A stretch of DNA of 64,000 nt from positions 213,590,001 to 213,654,000 of the forward strand of contig OZ024743.1 in the NCBI GenBank assembly GCA_964016885.1. Direction: 5' to 3'. This stretch comes from Eledone cirrhosa (Eukaryota). The stretch's first letter is position 1; every line of letters begins with the position of its first letter. Below the pieces are notes generated by a model. That model worked only from the letters and a program-made list of their open reading frames with translations, was not told the DNA's origin and searched no databases. Shown piece after piece: positions 27,443 through 40,044 of this stretch. A program made the position numbers and the translations under genes.

Positions 27443-29359
27443 ATGAACGCTGCGTCCAACGATAATGGTGGTGGAGAGGCGGTAAGACTACAAAGCTCGC
27501 AGTCAACAACGTCTTCTTCACTAGATACTATAGAGATGGAAAGACAAAATGAAAATAAAAAAACGAATTCACATCCAAACAACACAAATGACACCAAACA
27601 GCTCAATGACAACAAAAATAACAGCAAAACCAATAATGATGATAAAAGCAACAATGATAACAACAACAAAGAAAAAAATAAAGACAACGCCAATAACACC
27701 AGCATCAAAGACAACAACAACACCAAGGAAAATACGGATGATACCAACATCGGTGACAACAAGAATAACAACAAGAATAACAACAATAATGACAACACCA
27801 CCAATACGGATTCCACAAAGAAACCAAAAATCTCCTTTGCGGAGAAAGTTCAAAAGAAAGAACAATTGATATATCTCGACATAACAAATGCTGAACACCT
27901 TTTAAAGGACGCTAAGAGATATGTCACCTTCGAAAAAAATGGTGCTTTCAGCATCAATTCTCCGGTAGAAATTCGCAAGGAAACTGCTCTCAAAACGATA
28001 GTTTTTAGGACAGTTTCCAATTCTACCCGAAAACCAGTCCAATTGTCACAGAAAGATATTGAACTGGTTTTCAAAGATTCAATGAATGATATTGCATTCA
28101 TTCAAAGAAGCAAACTTTTTGGGAGTATTTCGGTACTGATGAAGGATCAATTGACGGCCCAAAATTACTCTGTGTCGCCAATTGTATCCAACCTGTACAC
28201 CTTTTTCCCTACATACATGGGAAAAAGGACACAAAAGATCAGAATCACAAGTGTCACACCAAAGGTGAACATATGGTGGATACTGTGCGGCTTCATCAAT
28301 TTTGATGAAGACAGAATACTGTCAGTAGGCAAGTCCCCCAGAGATGTATTCAATGGGACTAGCATTGAAGTTCTGGTGCAAATGAGCCCAGAGCGAATAG
28401 CTATGATCCCACAGCGTGTACTCCTGGACGGACTTACCTACATAAACCTTTCGGTTGAGGGTAGGCGGCCTTCATGTTACCATTGCTTTAGCAGGGGTCA
28501 CCTGAGGGCTTCCTGTCCTAAACTAATGAACCAAAAAAAGGCTCTTCTGCCAACACCCATCAAAACAACACAACCACCAACACCACCACTACAACAACAA
28601 CACCAACACACAAAAATAACCACAACAAACACAGTCCCACCCAACCTCACTCCACCTAAAACCACTGCAAAATCACATACAGACACAACAGCTCCCCAAG
28701 ACATACCCCTCCCCAATCACACAGACGATACAACAGATGAGGCTATCTCGCCATCACCCAGTGAAGACGAGGGAGAACCCCATCGCTCGAAAAGAAAGAA
28801 AAGACATCACAAAAGCAAAAAACCAGCAAACACTACCACAAACATACAACCACCAACACAAACAACAAAAATATCACAAACAAAACCCCCACCTCCTGAA
28901 AACAAAATACCTACAACAAAACGAAAGCACACACAAGAACTACAGACAAAAACAAACACAACACAAGAAAATTACACTTACACTTACATAAACACTGAAA
29001 ACAAAACACTAATGGAGACCATTACGAACGACCCTTCGGTTTTCACCGAAGGGAAAACTTTCGCCCACTCTATAAAAAATAGCAAAAAAATGAACCTAAA
29101 ACTGATTAGGGTCCCTATACAAACTTATAGGTCCCTAAAAGAAACATTTGAGAAGGATGTGGGGAATTCCTGCGTGAAACCACTCAACCGCGTCCTTCTC
29201 AAATGCCTCCCCACCCCAGACACCCCCATTCCACCAGACCCCACCCCACCAAACATCTGCGTCCCCACCCCGCCGGAAACCACCACCCATCCAGACAACC
29301 CCTCCAACACCCCCATGGAAATCGTGCGGCCTGGTCCCCAGGAGGCGAAGGGTGAGTGA
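27443..29359 (+). CDS. LINE ORF1 (gag-like, CCHC zinc knuckle)
   Basis: 638 aa open; VEGRRPSCYHCFSRGHLRASCP; Asn-rich N-terminus and Pro/Thr/Lys-rich C-terminus. Confidence 0.88.
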   Translation: MNAASNDNGGGEAVRLQSSQSTTSSSLDTIEMERQNENKKTNSHPNNTNDTKQLNDNKNNSKTNNDDKSNNDNNNKEKNKDNANNTSIKDNNNTKENTDDTNIGDNKNNNKNNNNNDNTTNTDSTKKPKISFAEKVQKKEQLIYLDITNAEHLLKDAKRYVTFEKNGAFSINSPVEIRKETALKTIVFRTVSNSTRKPVQLSQKDIELVFKDSMNDIAFIQRSKLFGSISVLMKDQLTAQNYSVSPIVSNLYTFFPTYMGKRTQKIRITSVTPKVNIWWILCGFINFDEDRILSVGKSPRDVFNGTSIEVLVQMSPERIAMIPQRVLLDGLTYINLSVEGRRPSCYHCFSRGHLRASCPKLMNQKKALLPTPIKTTQPPTPPLQQQHQHTKITTTNTVPPNLTPPKTTAKSHTDTTAPQDIPLPNHTDDTTDEAISPSPSEDEGEPHRSKRKKRHHKSKKPANTTTNIQPPTQTTKISQTKPPPPENKIPTTKRKHTQELQTKTNTTQENYTYTYINTENKTLMETITNDPSVFTEGKTFAHSIKNSKKMNLKLIRVPIQTYRSLKETFEKDVGNSCVKPLNRVLLKCLPTPDTPIPPDPTPPNICVPTPPETTTHPDNPSNTPMEIVRPGPQEAKGE

Positions 29360-29392
29360 TCTCTTTTCCTCTTTTAACTTTTCAGCACCAAC

Positions 29393-32300
29393 ATGGCCAA
29401 TATAAGAGTTGGATGTGTGAACGTACGCGGCCTGGGGATGCACTGGAAACAGGGCAAACTCTTAAACGACCTCAGGTCGCACAGTTTGGATGTGGTAGCC
29501 ATTTGCGAGTCCAGGATCCACGGCGAGCGACAGCTGGCCCCCATCTTCGATGACTTTGAGATCTACGCATCTCTCTGTCAACCGGGGGGTGGGGGCGGAG
29601 TTGCCGTTTTGCTGCGGAAACACCTGGGCCTCGTAACACAGACGGTACATCTGGACCCGGAGGGTCGACTGGTGGTCCTAGACGTTGACGGTAGTGAAGG
29701 TGGAGCGTTCAGGCTGGTGGCCGCATATGCCCCATCCGGGACACCGCGGCCAGACTTCTTCAAACGTCTAGAGACTTTTCTGGGAACGTCCCGCTCCTTG
29801 CTTTTAGTGGGGGACTGGAATGGAATCCTAGATGCACGTTGGGACTATGTGGGAGCATGTCCCGATAAAGGGGGGTGTAACAGCCTCAAACAGTTAATCG
29901 ACCGATTTGACCTGGCCGATAGATATCGACTAGATTTTCCGACTGCGCCACTGTGGACGTGGAGTAATCGTAGCGGAACATCTAGATCGTACCTAGATAG
30001 GGTTCTAGATAGAAATAAGGATAGGGACATGTTAAGCTGTCCACAAATGTTCATGGTTGCCTATTCAGATCACAAACTAGTGACCTGCATGGCCAACCTT
30101 GATAGAACCCATAGACAAGGACCCGGCTACTGGAAGCTGAACTTGTCGTTACCGACAAGCAAAGCCTACAGTAGACGGATTAGCACTTTAGTTAAACAGC
30201 ACTTGACAGGGGCCATTGTCAACAACAGATGGTGGTACTCTCTCAAGAGGGCAGTTAGATTAGACTCGATAGTTTTTAGTAAAGAATTAGCGTTAGATAG
30301 AAATAGAACCGAGAAGGAACTGGTAGATAAAGTAGAAGAGGCTATTAGAAGTGGCAACGTAGCCAGCGTGCTAGCAACGAGAACGGCCTTGGACCAGTTC
30401 TTCGACGCAAAGCACGAGGGCTGCGTTGTCAGAAGCAAAATACGTGCTCTGGGAAACGAGGGAGCCAAAGCTGTTAGCTGGGCCCGAGTGACGGAGGCAA
30501 AAAGTGGCAACAAGTCCACGATTCGGTCTTTGAAGGACCAAAACGGACGCGTGATACGTGAGCCGAAGCAGATGTGTGCGGCTTTTCAGCGGCACTTTGC
30601 TCGGCTGTTCGGGGGGAGCGGCGCGCCGGGAGAGGCTATGGATTTCGGTCCATACCTCGACGGCCTACCGCGACTCTCGGACAGCGAGGCGAAGTTCTGC
30701 GAAAAGCCGATTTCAGCCACTGAGATAGGGGACGCGCTGAGCCAATGCGGCAAACGCAAATCTCCAGGTCTCGACGGTCTACCCTACGAATTTTACGTAG
30801 CAATGCCGGACTTATTCTCCGGTCTCCTGGAAGCGGTCTACTGCAACTGGCAACAGAACGGGAGAATTCCCAATTCTGTAACCGGGGGCGTGGTCACACT
30901 AATCAGGAAGGACGAGAATAAGGGGGATGACATAGGCAACTTCCGGCCCATAACTCTGCTAAACACAGAGTTACAGATTTTGGCCAAGGTGTTGGCAAAG
31001 AGGCTGGCGCTTGTCGTCGAGAACCTGGTGGGAGAAGCGCAGACATGCGCGATCCCGACCAGGTCCATACACGACAACCTCCACCTCATGCGATACATCA
31101 TAGAGAGGGTAGGGTGTAAACCCGGCTTCGGTGGGGCCCTGATCAACTTGGATCAGTCTAAGGCTTTCGATAGGGTTGACCATCGTTACCTGGATGCGGT
31201 GCTCGAGGCGGCAGGCTTCGGACCCGTGTTCAGGGGCTGGATTGCTGCAATGCACAACAGCAACATCTGCTCAAGGGTCAAGGTGAACGGCTACCTCTCG
31301 GAGCCGTTCCATATTACGCGATCCATTCGACAGGGATGCCCTCTCTCCTCCCTTCTGTACGTACTGACTCTCGAGCCACTACTGCGGAAGCTGGAGCTAT
31401 TGCAGGGCATCCCTCTGGAACCGGGACTGCGGAAAGCGGCGTCGGCCTACGCCGACGACGTGACAGTAATGGTGTCGAGCGCCTCGCAAATCGAGGAAGT
31501 CGGCACCTTACTAAAGGAATACGAAAGTCTCACAGGAGCGAAGCTGAACCGGGACAAGTCCATCGGTTTGCAACTCGGATCGTGGAGAGGCAGACCGATG
31601 CCTTCCGATGGCGTCGTCGGACGCTGGACGGAAGGACCGGTAAAGCTGCTCGGGGTCTGGTTTGGTCCGGACCTCCAGGTGGAGAAGAACTGGAACGAAG
31701 TGACGGCCAAGGTGTTTGCACTCACCCAGAAGTGGGCCGAGTGCAAACTATCCTTGAAAGGTCGAGCGGAGGTGGCGAACACTTTTATAGCGTCCGCCAT
31801 CTACTACCGCTTGACCGTCGTGCCTTGTCCAGCCAAAACGCTCGCCAAAATGGAGCGCGCCCTCTTCCGATTCCTTTGGAAGAGGCGGGCTCCTTTGGTA
31901 AGAAGATCCATCTGCTGCCAACACCCTTCTAACGGAGGGCTGGGGATGCCGTGGTTGACGATGCGCAAACACGCGCTCAGGCTGCGGCATCTCTACGTAT
32001 TCCTCACCGGACAACCGGTGTGGGCCCCGTTCGTGAGGCGAGCCTTCCCACGACTCGTCTCGCTGACCGAGCTGCAGTCCTGGGTCAAGCAGAGACCGAG
32101 GAAAATGGGCGACTGGCACATCGAATGTGCTCAGGCGCTCACAGCCCTCTGGCAGGCGGACCCGGCGATCAGTGGAGACTCCACTTCGTCATTCTATAGA
32201 GGGTTGGTCCGCAGCAAGTGCGACGACGCGCTCGGTGAAACTCTAGGCGTGGAGGAAGATGAACTGGCCAGTCTGTTCGGTAGGACCTTCCGCCCGGGAC

Positions 32301-32830
32301 CGATGGACAACTTCCAAAAGTCCCTGGCCTGGCAGTGCTACCGAGGAGCTCTACCAGTTCGAGACAAGCTCTACAGACATGGGCGCCCGGGCAGGGACCC
32401 TGCAAAAAAGATCTGTCCGAGGTGCGTGCGAGACGAAGAAACCGTCGCGCACGCATTCATACACTGCCCGGGCGTCACTGACCTGTGGGGCTATGTGGAA
32501 CGACTATTGTCGCGGGTGGGACCAATCCAGTTGACCACCGAGTCCATTGTCATGATCAAACCGCCACCCTCCTTCAAAAACGAAGGAGAGGCGGTTTTGC
32601 TTTGTGTGATAGCTATGGCGAAAGAGGTTGTATGGTGGACAAGGTTGAAAGGGCTGAGGTCAGACACCTTTCTCTCCGGCCAACAACTGATTCTTTTTTT
32701 CAAATACCACTTTGGAAGAAGAATCAGGATGGAGAGAGAGGTGCTGTACCCCAGCAAGTTTTATGAAAGGTGGGTGAAAGTGGCGAGAATGGCCCGAGTG
32801 AATGGGCCTTCTCTCTATATCAGCCTGTAG
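29393..32830 (+). CDS. LINE ORF2: AP endonuclease + reverse transcriptase + C-terminal zinc finger (L1/Tx1)
   Basis: NVRGL, GDWN, SYLDR, SDH, WKLN, KSPGLDGLP, FRPITLLN, DQSKAFDRV, RQGCPLS, YADD, GGLG, CPRC..ETVAHAFIHC; 1145 aa intact. Confidence 0.96.
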   Translation: MANIRVGCVNVRGLGMHWKQGKLLNDLRSHSLDVVAICESRIHGERQLAPIFDDFEIYASLCQPGGGGGVAVLLRKHLGLVTQTVHLDPEGRLVVLDVDGSEGGAFRLVAAYAPSGTPRPDFFKRLETFLGTSRSLLLVGDWNGILDARWDYVGACPDKGGCNSLKQLIDRFDLADRYRLDFPTAPLWTWSNRSGTSRSYLDRVLDRNKDRDMLSCPQMFMVAYSDHKLVTCMANLDRTHRQGPGYWKLNLSLPTSKAYSRRISTLVKQHLTGAIVNNRWWYSLKRAVRLDSIVFSKELALDRNRTEKELVDKVEEAIRSGNVASVLATRTALDQFFDAKHEGCVVRSKIRALGNEGAKAVSWARVTEAKSGNKSTIRSLKDQNGRVIREPKQMCAAFQRHFARLFGGSGAPGEAMDFGPYLDGLPRLSDSEAKFCEKPISATEIGDALSQCGKRKSPGLDGLPYEFYVAMPDLFSGLLEAVYCNWQQNGRIPNSVTGGVVTLIRKDENKGDDIGNFRPITLLNTELQILAKVLAKRLALVVENLVGEAQTCAIPTRSIHDNLHLMRYIIERVGCKPGFGGALINLDQSKAFDRVDHRYLDAVLEAAGFGPVFRGWIAAMHNSNICSRVKVNGYLSEPFHITRSIRQGCPLSSLLYVLTLEPLLRKLELLQGIPLEPGLRKAASAYADDVTVMVSSASQIEEVGTLLKEYESLTGAKLNRDKSIGLQLGSWRGRPMPSDGVVGRWTEGPVKLLGVWFGPDLQVEKNWNEVTAKVFALTQKWAECKLSLKGRAEVANTFIASAIYYRLTVVPCPAKTLAKMERALFRFLWKRRAPLVRRSICCQHPSNGGLGMPWLTMRKHALRLRHLYVFLTGQPVWAPFVRRAFPRLVSLTELQSWVKQRPRKMGDWHIECAQALTALWQADPAISGDSTSSFYRGLVRSKCDDALGETLGVEEDELASLFGRTFRPGPMDNFQKSLAWQCYRGALPVRDKLYRHGRPGRDPAKKICPRCVRDEETVAHAFIHCPGVTDLWGYVERLLSRVGPIQLTTESIVMIKPPPSFKNEGEAVLLCVIAMAKEVVWWTRLKGLRSDTFLSGQQLILFFKYHFGRRIRMEREVLYPSKFYERWVKVARMARVNGPSLYISL

Positions 32831-33112
32831 GTTGAGGAAAAGGAGGAGGAGAGGAAAGGAGTACAAGCTCTTCGTACTCCTGGAGATGAGGGTTGCACAT
32901 TTTTTTCGGGGGTCTGTGTTACCCATATAAACTGTCTCCCTCTATTGGGGAAAATCGACTAACTTTTAAATTCCATCTGTGATAACATTTTACACGTTTT
33001 TATTGTATGTAAACTTCCCCCTTTGTATTTGTCCCCTTCTTTTGTGCCCCTGTGGCTAATAAAGAAATATCTCTCTCTCTCTCTCTATTTATCTATCCCT
33101 CTCTCTCTTCGC

Positions 33113-33148
<36 letters not shown>

Positions 33149-33899
33149 TTCTCTCTCTCCCTCTCTCTCTCTCTATATATATTTATATATATATGTTCTT
33201 TAAATGCTAATTACAGAAACAAAAAAGAGTGAACTGAATACATGTCGACGATATTCAATCTAATCTGGTGGGCCTAAAATGAAACATCCTTGCGGGCTTC
33301 TAGTTTACAGCAGCCAATCGAAGCAGATAAATGTATGCGTAGAAACGATAGATTTTTATACATAACAGGGTAATAAAACGTGCGCTTTGCGATTTGGAAT
33401 ACCTCATAAATTCTTCAAAAGAATATTATATTTTTCCAGGTTAGGATTTAGACACACACACACTCACACCCATATATATATAAATATATATATAAATTTA
33501 TATATAATATATGTATTATATTATATATAGAGTATAAATATATCATATATATATATATATACGCACACTCACAAACACACTACACACATATATATATATA
33601 TATATTTGTGTGTATGTCTCTGTGTGTGTATGTGTGTGTGTGTGTGTGTGTGAGTGGAAAAAGAGTTAAGACTGTGAACTAATGAATTAATCGGGAGAAT
33701 AAAATATGATGTTTCAAAAGTTACATGAATTCAAATGTGCTTGTGGAATTTAGACTTTTAAGTGACTCCAAACTCACATACATGTCAAGCAAATGGAATT
33801 TATGAATTGATAAAATGATTAGATTAAAATATTATGCGAAAGCACCTCATTAAATTTATCAGCCAATATCGGGGACCATTATAAACACTAAAACCCACC

Positions 33900-34100
33900 T
33901 TCGCTACCACCATCATAGCAACCGCAAACATCACCATCACCATCTTCATCCCCTTCATCATCATCATCATCATCATCATCCTCCTCATCGTCATCACCAT
34001 CATCATAATCATTTTCATCATTATCATCTTTACCATCAACATCGCGATGAGGAAGATGATGATGATGATCAACACCGGTAACCGCTGCCACCTTATCATT
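33900..34100. repeat. (CAT)n-rich low-complexity tract
   Basis: Direct reading. Confidence 0.8.
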
Positions 34101-34359
34101 ACCTCTCCAACCCCAACACTAATACGACTAATAGAATCCCATCACTATCACAATCGTAGTAATCTGCACAAGATAATGAAGAACTGTTAACAAAAAAGAG
34201 AAATAACCAACAAGGAGGTTCAACACTGTTTATATCATATCATGATAATATCTTCATATCTTCAATCACAAGAATATTATTGACAGAAAGAGATACTTAA
34301 GCTATTAGAACCATAAATATTGTTTTATGATATGGGCACAAGGCTCCATATATGAGAGA

Positions 34360-34547
34360 TAATGGTCTCCGATTTAGGCACAAGGCCAACAATTTTTTGG
34401 GGAGGAGAAAGTCAATTTTATCGACCCTGTAAGGATGAAAAGCAAAGCTAACTTCAGTGGGATTGGAACCAAAAACGCAAAGGGACGTAATTATATGCAA
34501 CCAAGCTTGTTGTCCGATGCCCTACCGATACTGGCAATTCACCGCCG
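34360..34547 (-). mobile_element. tRNA-derived SINE
   Basis: ggcacaaggcc..tcgaccctgtaaggatgaaa..ctaccgatactggcaattcaccgcc. Confidence 0.75.
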
Positions 34548-34560
34548 TAAGTATATTCAA

Positions 34561-34781
34561 TAATGGTTTCTGATTTAAGCACAAGGCTAAAAATTTCGAA
34601 GGAAAGGAGGAAAGTCGATTACATCGATCTCAGTGTGTTACTGGTACTTTATTTTATTCACCTCGTAAGGATAAAAGTCAAAGCTGACCTCGGCGAAATT
34701 TCAGATCAGAACGCAAAGGGACGTAACTCTATGCCGCAAAGCATGGAGTCCAACGCTCTACCGATATTGCCACCCCTCGCC
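34561..34781 (-). mobile_element. tRNA-derived SINE (tandem neighbour)
   Basis: Same family motifs (ctggtactttatttt, gacctcggcg, ctaccgatattgcca). Confidence 0.75.
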
Positions 34782-35018
34782 CTAAGTATAGTCAATAATA
34801 AGAACCTCTAATGCAAATATTTGGAGCCAGAACAAAAATAATTGTAAAGAAATGACGTAAAAGATGATGTATTGACGATTTAACGATAATGTTGGTTTAC
34901 TATACCCCACCATACACATAGCCTTCCCTCTTTTTTTGTGGTGTTCCAAAAATGGCGGGGTGACATTTTGTGCGTCCATAACCTGAAATTTTCTTTCGGT
35001 CCCTTTCACGAAGCGATT

Positions 35019-35140
<122 letters not shown>

Positions 35141-35919
35141 TGTGTTCAAACGATCTTTAGTGATAGTTTATTTGTCGAAACTGAATAGATGAGTAGTTCC
35201 TGCTGGATTTTAGTTCCACGCCTTGAGAACCAGAACAAATACCATAAAGCAATTTAACCACTGCCTTGCATCTTCACACACATGACTAAAAATATTGATT
35301 TCTAAAATTGGCACAATGTCACACATTTTGAGTAGGCTATTGTCGTTTAGTCCACTCCATTACTCTAATTGGTATTATATCATGTAGAGTTTTAGCTGTG
35401 AAATAGGAACTTTTATGTGAGAGATTACCAGCCTCCTAGTTGCCATTAAGTTAGAGTGAGCTCATTCTTTTTAAATCCCTCGTTTTTGTCATGAAACCCA
35501 CATGGGTTTCCATATTGTTCACTTTCCCATTATATCTCCATCAATATGAAGCAGCGGAGGAGAAAACCTCATTCACGGTGGCACTCATGATGATGGAATC
35601 TATGATAATTTGTTATGATTTTAACCCTGGCTTACAACATAGCACATTTTTGGTGAGTAGACGTAGTTCATGAAATCGGTTTTAATTTTATTCGCCCTAG
35701 AATGTTGGAAATTATGTTTCCCATAGCAAGACTTGAACAACGAGTTAAAAGGTCGTAAATAAATACCACAGGACATGAAGTCTGTGATGCTACTAATGCT
35801 GCTTCAACAGCATAATTCAACAGTCAATAATGATAAAAATTACAATTACAATTCAGAGCAAATATAGTTAACTACTGTAAATACTCGGTCTCTTTCATAC
35901 ACAAACACGGAACTATATA

Positions 35920-35954
<35 letters not shown>

Positions 35955-36562
35955 TTGTGTGTGTGTGTGTGTGCGATTGTGTGTGTGTATATGTGTGCGT
36001 GTGTCAGGGTGTGCGCGTGTGAACTAGCCGAAACTACTGAGCTCGCGGCAGATCCTCTACTTCTACTAATATACACGCACAGACATACGCCCCCCCCACA
36101 CACATACACACACACACAGACAGACACACACATATATATGATGCATATACGACATCCATCATGATAAAAACAATGAGAACAATAAAAATGAACAACAAAT
36201 TAAACCTATATATCTTTCTCTTTGAATCTCATATGAATTTCTGATAAATGAAATGTTTCAATATATTAAAAAATATTGATAGAATAACTGAAAAAAAAGC
36301 AAGAAAACAAAACAAGGAAAAAACACTGAAAGTTCAAATAAAATTTCAATGAGTGTATTTACCAGTTGAGAATAATATTGGAAAATAATATTTGAAACCA
36401 AAACAAAATGTGTATATAAAATAAAATCGTGGACATATAACTAAATTTTTACAGAAACATCGAAGCACCAACATACACACGCACAAATCTCACACACACG
36501 AATACATACACGCAAATATATATACATACATATATATATACATACATACATAAGTACACTCA

Positions 36563-36601
<39 letters not shown>

Positions 36602-36775
36602 GAAAGTAGAGAAATTAATGTGAGCAAGAAGCCAATAGTATTTCATAATATATAAGTGACTATAACGTCAAAATGGAAAATATTTAACGTAAGATATGGG
36701 GAAATAATTCAAACTCAATTAAAAAAAACCAAGACAGAAATTTTATCCACAGATTTTGTGAAATCCAGGGAAAAA

Positions 36776-36820
<45 letters not shown>

Positions 36821-37099
36821 TACGTATATACATACATACATTTGCATAAGATACTTAATGAAACATATCGGTCAAACATTTTTAGAGAGTAAATGAACTA
36901 CTACTACTACAGCTACTAGATAATAAACATTTTTCATTCTATTTCATTATTAACTACAGGGGATTTGCAAAAGGATCGTAGACGTTACAAGATGTGTGTT
37001 TAAATGACATCGTGTAAAAATGAGAAATAAAAAGAACAAACTACAAGGAGTAACTACAGGTGTATACTCAGTTTATGCACATTCAATTAGACCATGTAT

Positions 37100-38200
37100 A
37101 CAGCTCTTGGCCACCTTTTAATAAATTTGTTGGAAGGCAGCAAACCCTTCTAGAAACTAAATTTCTCTTTCAAGTGATAATTGATGTTCATGAGTACTTG
37201 GTCAAAAGAAGTGTCTGTTTTAAGCCCTTTCTAACTATTTCTCCAAGGCTATCACACAAATAAAATCGGTCAGATTTTCTCAACTGAATCAAGATGTCCA
37301 GTTGAGGATCTGGACCAAACATGATCGGGAAAAGTTTATCAGGCCCGACCATCCAGCACCCCCACAATACTGTTGGATGACATATATATGCCTTTCAAAT
37401 GCCAAGCTCTAACCAGAAAGACACTTCCTGGTTGCTTTTAGCTAGAGAATTCTCAGAGAAATTGTGCTTGTTGCCGAACACGAATACGTTGACGCTATCC
37501 CCATAGGCCGATACGGATCTTCCGCATTTTATTTCGCCCATGATACATTTTAATGTCTCTAGTTTCTGAAGCAGTATCTGTACAGCAATTACATAAAAGA
37601 GAAGTAAGGGTGCAACTTTGATGGATTAAGCGGCGCATGACATTAAACTGTTCCGATTGGTGGCGATTTACTCTGCACACTGACCAGACATCGCTGAAAT
37701 TGCGGTGATCCAACCGACATCGGCTCCTGCAACAATATCCGTCAAATATTCATAGCTTTCGATTGATTAAAAAAGATTAGAGCTCCGGCTGTGCCAAGTT
37801 CCTATAACACCATCTCTATGATATATCGAATGAGATGGATATTCGGGATGGCAGATATGTGCTCGATACCAATCAAACAACCGACGACAATCACCAGCCA
37901 CATAACTAACACGTTGGCAAAAATCTTGAACTCTTTACTTAGAGGATTTAAGAGTCGAAAATGTTGAATGTGGACGTCGATTCTCAGCACTGCCAATGCA
38001 CTTCGACACGCAGCGCACAAGGGATTCTCTGATTCTGTTGTCATGAGGTCGCTGATCTACTACATAAGCGTAAAGCTCGTAAGGCAGAACATCCAAACCA
38101 GGAGATTTGGCCTTCGTACAATTAGCATTCACTTCTCGTATTTCAATGGCCCTCATCGACCTTTAGCAATAACCCCACCTCTCGTACCGAGAGTCACGAC
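37100..38200 (-). pseudogene. Decayed L1/Tx1 RT fragment
   Basis: AKSPGLDVLPYELY parallels KSPGLDGLPYEFY of the intact ORF2; further broken matches to KILA.VLA, AFDR and FGPD regions. Confidence 0.75.
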
Positions 38201-38785
38201 TGGTTGTCACGGAAAGCACTAAAATTTTTCCTACAATCTGTTCTACCTATCCCATCCAAGAATGAAGCAAAGAACCTCTATAAAGCCATACATATCTGAG
38301 GCCCTGTGTACCAGTCCATATTCATTAATTTCTTTACTGTAATAACAATGAGAGACTTTATCCACTCGATAAACGTGATTCATAATAAGTATAGAAATCG
38401 ATATAAAAGTTAGCAATTTAATCCAGTGATCAAAACCTCCCAATGCTATTATGTTCACCGTGTTCATTAAATTCTCTCTAACCATGTATATTGAATATAT
38501 TGACATTGCGATTGTTATCTTAAAATCTTCGAACTAACTCTTATACTATCTTCTGACCTCACTCTCCATTCACTATTTTCTCTCTCTTTCCTTGCTTTCT
38601 TACAATGACATTTCACATGACATTTCCCCCCACCTTCCTATTGACTATTTTGTCGTCCATGACTAACTGAATTATATCACGTCTGTCAATCTCTCGTCAC
38701 TCTCAAACGCTCTTTTCTCCCTATTAAGTTTATTCATATATACATTATAGTAATCTTTCACTCTTTCTACATTTCCTTCTCCCCC

Positions 38786-38884
<99 letters not shown>

Positions 38885-39817
38885 CCCTTTCAATCATTCT
38901 GTCATTATTATCTTTACATTAATAAAGAGTTTCTCTTTTGACTTGAAATGTAGGACAAAGCTTTTCAACAAAATTCCATTCGATTTTCTGATGGATAGAC
39001 ATCGATGTAAATAACGAAATTATGTTCTAGAAATGGCTGCTTATGACCTTGCTGACTATAGGATCTCTGTAAAGCACAAGAGGCCATTTTGATTTGATTA
39101 AGAGGTTCTTTTGATAGACTAACTTCATTAATGTCTCATCGTTTCCTCGTCATTTGCTACAAATATTCACACTATTTCTATCTTATAAAAATAACAGTAC
39201 AGGATATATTTAGAGTAAATATCAATTTTAACATCGGTATATATTTAATACATATTCCCTAAAGATATAAGGAGTAACAAAAACCTAAGAGATTATAAAA
39301 AATAGTAAAATGAATAAAAATATAATAATAAAATTTATAAAAAAAATATTATGGAATATTTCATAAAGAAGTTTAGACCAAAAAGAGAAAAAAATGAAAA
39401 TAATGATTTATACATACACACATACAAACACACAGACACACACACATACACACAGTCACACACACATACACACACACACACATATATATATATATATGTG
39501 TGTGTATGTGTGTGTGTTTGTGTGTGTGTATATATAATATTATATATATATATATATTTACACATATATATATTTATATATATACTATGTATATATACAC
39601 ACACACAACTATATGTAATATATATATATAATATATATCATATATACATATATCTATATATATCATATATACATATATCTATATATATAAATAAACTGGA
39701 ATATGATTCCAGTTCCTCAGTGAAATTACAATCCAACCAGGAACTGGGCATATCAGAGTATTGACATAATTATACACCTCAACAACATATGTACTTGTCT
39801 ATACCACACTAATTCGG

Positions 39818-39872
39818 ACTGCCTGAAGAGGTCACAGCCAAAGATGGCTGTCACTGAAATATATATAGCAGT
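39818..39872 (+). ncRNA. Type I hammerhead in a solo pLTR remnant (~39690-39925)
   Basis: actgc-CTGAAGA-ggtcacagcca aaga tggctgtcact-GAAA-tatata-TA-gcagt-AATAAA. Confidence 0.85.
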
Positions 39873-39917
39873 AATAAACGAAGCTAAATTTTAAACAGTT
39901 GACTTTTTATTTAACTT

Positions 39918-39987
<70 letters not shown>

Positions 39988-39997
39988 ATATCAATCG

Positions 39998-40044
39998 CGT
40001 TTACAGGACTAGACCTGTTTCATTCAGAAGAAATTATCAGGAAG
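39998..40044 (-). ncRNA. Degenerate hammerhead-like motif
   Basis: On minus strand: CTGATAA-tttcttctgaat-GAAA-cagg tctagt cctg-TA; stem I poor. Confidence 0.35.

Larger units (their letters stand above)
27225..33068 (+). mobile_element. Full-length L1/Tx1-clade LINE inserted in a (TC)n/(TATC)n microsatellite
   Basis: 5' UTR, two uninterrupted ORFs, 3' UTR with AATAAA at ~33058; at(ct)n-at on both sides as a probable TSD. Confidence 0.92.

Noticed and set aside
29352-29385. 34-nt intron fusing ORF1 to ORF2
   Set aside because: Too short, and the splice product is out of frame with ORF2
29462-32926. Antisense and alternative-frame ORFs within LINE ORF2
   Set aside because: Expected by-products of GC-rich coding sequence
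33888-34091. Acidic poly-Asp ORF
   Set aside because: Translation of a (CAT)n microsatellite
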